Assembly (NCBI GenBank): GCA_039794845.1
Contig: JAUQVK010000059.1
Location: 1 to 26,836 of the forward strand
Length of the DNA stretch: 26,836 bases
Direction of reading: 5' to 3'
Source: Thermostichus sp. DRC_bins_24
Lineage (GTDB): Bacteria; Cyanobacteriota; Cyanobacteriia; Thermostichales; Thermostichaceae
Shown: piece by piece, positions 25,094-26,836 of the stretch
How positions within the stretch are numbered: the stretch's first letter is position 1
How the letters are laid out: the number at the start of each line of letters is the position of its first letter
Notes under the pieces: model-generated
Databases searched by the model: none
Told to the model about the DNA's origin: nothing
What the model saw: only the letters and a program-made list of their open reading frames with translations
Position numbers and translations under genes: made by a program

Positions 25094-26836
25094 TCACCCT
25101 CCACTGGGCGATATGCGATACAGAGCACAGTCATTAGGCCTAGCACCCGAAAAATCATTGCAAGCCGCCACCAGATAGTCTGATCCATCAACAAGAATAT
25201 TTTTGAGAGACCGACCTGGCTCGAAGTCCCTAGGCAACCTAAGAACAGAGGTAAGGATCCCTTGTGGTGTTAGCCTCAGTAAACCTTTTCTGAAAGTTCC
25301 GTCCCTTTGTAGGGGGTTTCTGTTTGACACAAGAATCAAATCTGTACCATTAGAATCTACATCGCCATTGGCGATAAACATATCATCAGCCGAAGATGAT
25401 CCAAGACGAACATCTACAAGAATTGAGAGTCCTCGAGTCGGATCGATCTTGAAAACAGTGTTGTTATCACTTTCAACCGTTCTGCTGGTCTTAGCGAGCA
25501 GGAAGTAATCTCCTTCTGTATTCTTGAGAAGCTTTGTAGATGCATTAATAGTAGCGCCTAAAGCATCGAAAGAAGTATCGAAAAGCTTCTCGCCTAGCTT
25601 CAGCTCACCATTAAGTCCAAAGCGATAAATGTTTAAGGAGGTATTGTAACGGTCGTTTTCTGGGCTGACTTCTTGCACGAGTACAACATCTCCAGCATCT
25701 GAAATAAGATTAGTCAATTGACCTGACAACCTCATTCCAGGAGCATAGTTATCCGCTATTACTGATACTTCTCCATTGTTGTCGATCTTAATTACTTGTC
25801 CAATAATTGGCCTTCTGAATCTATCGTTAACATTTCTTGTCAAAATATATCCATCATCTACGGTAATCAAACCTCGAATTGGTCGTCCCCATAGGTCTCT
25901 TGAAGTAACGGGAATAGGAACGATGTTCCCGCTAGCTGTAAGACGAGCAAGCCTCAGCTCACGAACTTGGCAACTGGGTTCATCTGAACAAATCAAATCC
26001 AGGATTACATAATCTGAGCCTGTTTTCACCCAATCAATGAGTTCACCAACTGTTGCCAATTTACTGAGTAGGTAGTTGCCATCATCAGTATCGTCGTCGT
26101 CTTCTATTTCTTCAGGCTCTTCTGCTTCGGGAGGGGTACCCCCATACCCCGCCACCGCCTCTCCTCCCATAGTGGCCACGTCAAAAATACAGTCTTCTAG
26201 GCTGAATCTTGGGTGCAACTGGATCCCAGAATCCCGACAGATGCGCTCTGCTCCCAGCCGCTGGGCTGGGCTAATCACAGCAAAGCCACTGGGAAAAGTT
26301 CTATCCGTGAAGCTTTCACTGCTTTCTCCAGGCCCATAGTCAAACAGAGATTCTCCAGCGTTAACCCGCCAACTGTCTCCAAAGGTTTGGTAAAGCCCGG
26401 CAAAATCATGCTCAGACACCCACTGTCCACTGCGGCTTTGCAGGTCATTGCTGGGGTTGTAGTCATAGTTGCCCAACAGGCCGCGCACTCGTCCTAAGTA
26501 CTGTTGGGGCAGCACCAAGGTGAAGCTCAGGTGGGCAAAGGCTGCAGAGTTGGGGAAATAGGGTTTGACGGTGAGGGTTTCACCTTCGGGCCAACTGAGG
26601 CGATATTCCCCCTCGGAAGTGCGGAAGAGTTCGTAGCCATAGCAGCCACCGGGGGTACAGTCGGGGTCGGGGGTTTCCCACTCGGAGTCTTTCTCTGGTG
26701 GGCGTTCTCCCAGTCCCAGCAGCAGGTAACCGCCAACCGGTAGCTCAACAAGTTGGCCGTCAATTCTTAACTCAGGAGTGGGGGTGACAGAGATACCCAC
26801 CCGATGGGATCCCATCTGAGTGGCGATGGCACTCGT
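25094..26836 (-). CDS. VWD (von Willebrand factor D)-domain surface protein, 3' part; runs off the window end
   Basis: The frame is open to the window edge. VWD signature VRGLLGNYD.NPSNDL...FGDSWRV..GESLF, then a Cys pair (AERIC...EDCIFDV), an acidic linker and a beta-rich repeat-like C-terminal region. Confidence 0.8.
   Translation of the reverse strand, partial: TSAIATQMGSHRVGISVTPTPELRIDGQLVELPVGGYLLLGLGERPPEKDSEWETPDPDCTPGGCYGYELFRTSEGEYRLSWPEGETLTVKPYFPNSAAFAHLSFTLVLPQQYLGRVRGLLGNYDYNPSNDLQSRSGQWVSEHDFAGLYQTFGDSWRVNAGESLFDYGPGESSESFTDRTFPSGFAVISPAQRLGAERICRDSGIQLHPRFSLEDCIFDVATMGGEAVAGYGGTPPEAEEPEEIEDDDDTDDGNYLLSKLATVGELIDWVKTGSDYVILDLICSDEPSCQVRELRLARLTASGNIVPIPVTSRDLWGRPIRGLITVDDGYILTRNVNDRFRRPIIGQVIKIDNNGEVSVIADNYAPGMRLSGQLTNLISDAGDVVLVQEVSPENDRYNTSLNIYRFGLNGELKLGEKLFDTSFDALGATINASTKLLKNTEGDYFLLAKTSRTVESDNNTVFKIDPTRGLSILVDVRLGSSSADDMFIANGDVDSNGTDLILVSNRNPLQRDGTFRKGLLRLTPQGILTSVLRLPRDFEPGRSLKNILVDGSDYLVAACNDFSGARPNDCALYRISPSGG

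Larger units (their letters stand above)
2965..26813. repeat. Highly iterated palindrome GGGATCCC (HIP1 variant), dispersed
   Basis: About 35 exact copies by hand count, e.g. 2965, 3127, 3674, 4174, 6553, 7130, 10191, 13091, 16561, 19331, 24591 and 26806. Many 7/8 near-matches as well. Confidence 0.9.

Overview
Gene-dense chromosomal window from a cyanobacterium, most likely a hot-spring Synechococcus/Thermostichus-type lineage. This is inferred from ndhL, cyanobacterial conserved hypotheticals and about 35 copies (hand count) of the palindrome GGGATCCC. It opens with an internally deleted IS200/IS605 tnpB relic that keeps its right end. Mostly ordinary genes follow: MscS channel, PBP4-type D-Ala-D-Ala carboxypeptidase, an atypical receiver protein, DUF3007, ndhL, NIL-ferredoxin, ureidoglycolate lyase-like protein, two GHL10 hydrolases, a pentapeptide protein, an ABC-2 exporter, a methyltransferase, thiL, glpK, a frameshifted glpD, an isolated gvpG, DUF3727, RidA, rpsD, gmd and the 3' part of a VWD-domain surface protein. 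The most interesting signals are: (1) a PirA-like two-domain gene behind a perfect NtcA box in apparent repressor position; (2) an NtcA class II-like promoter in front of the atypical receiver protein; (3) a ~155-nt highly structured intergenic element with terminal inverted repeats; (4) a glpD frameshift at a C8 tract, with glpD head-to-head against glpK; (5) a low-GC C-terminal module on the VWD protein. No CRISPR array, tRNA or rRNA was recognised. All family assignments come from motif recognition by eye, not database searches.
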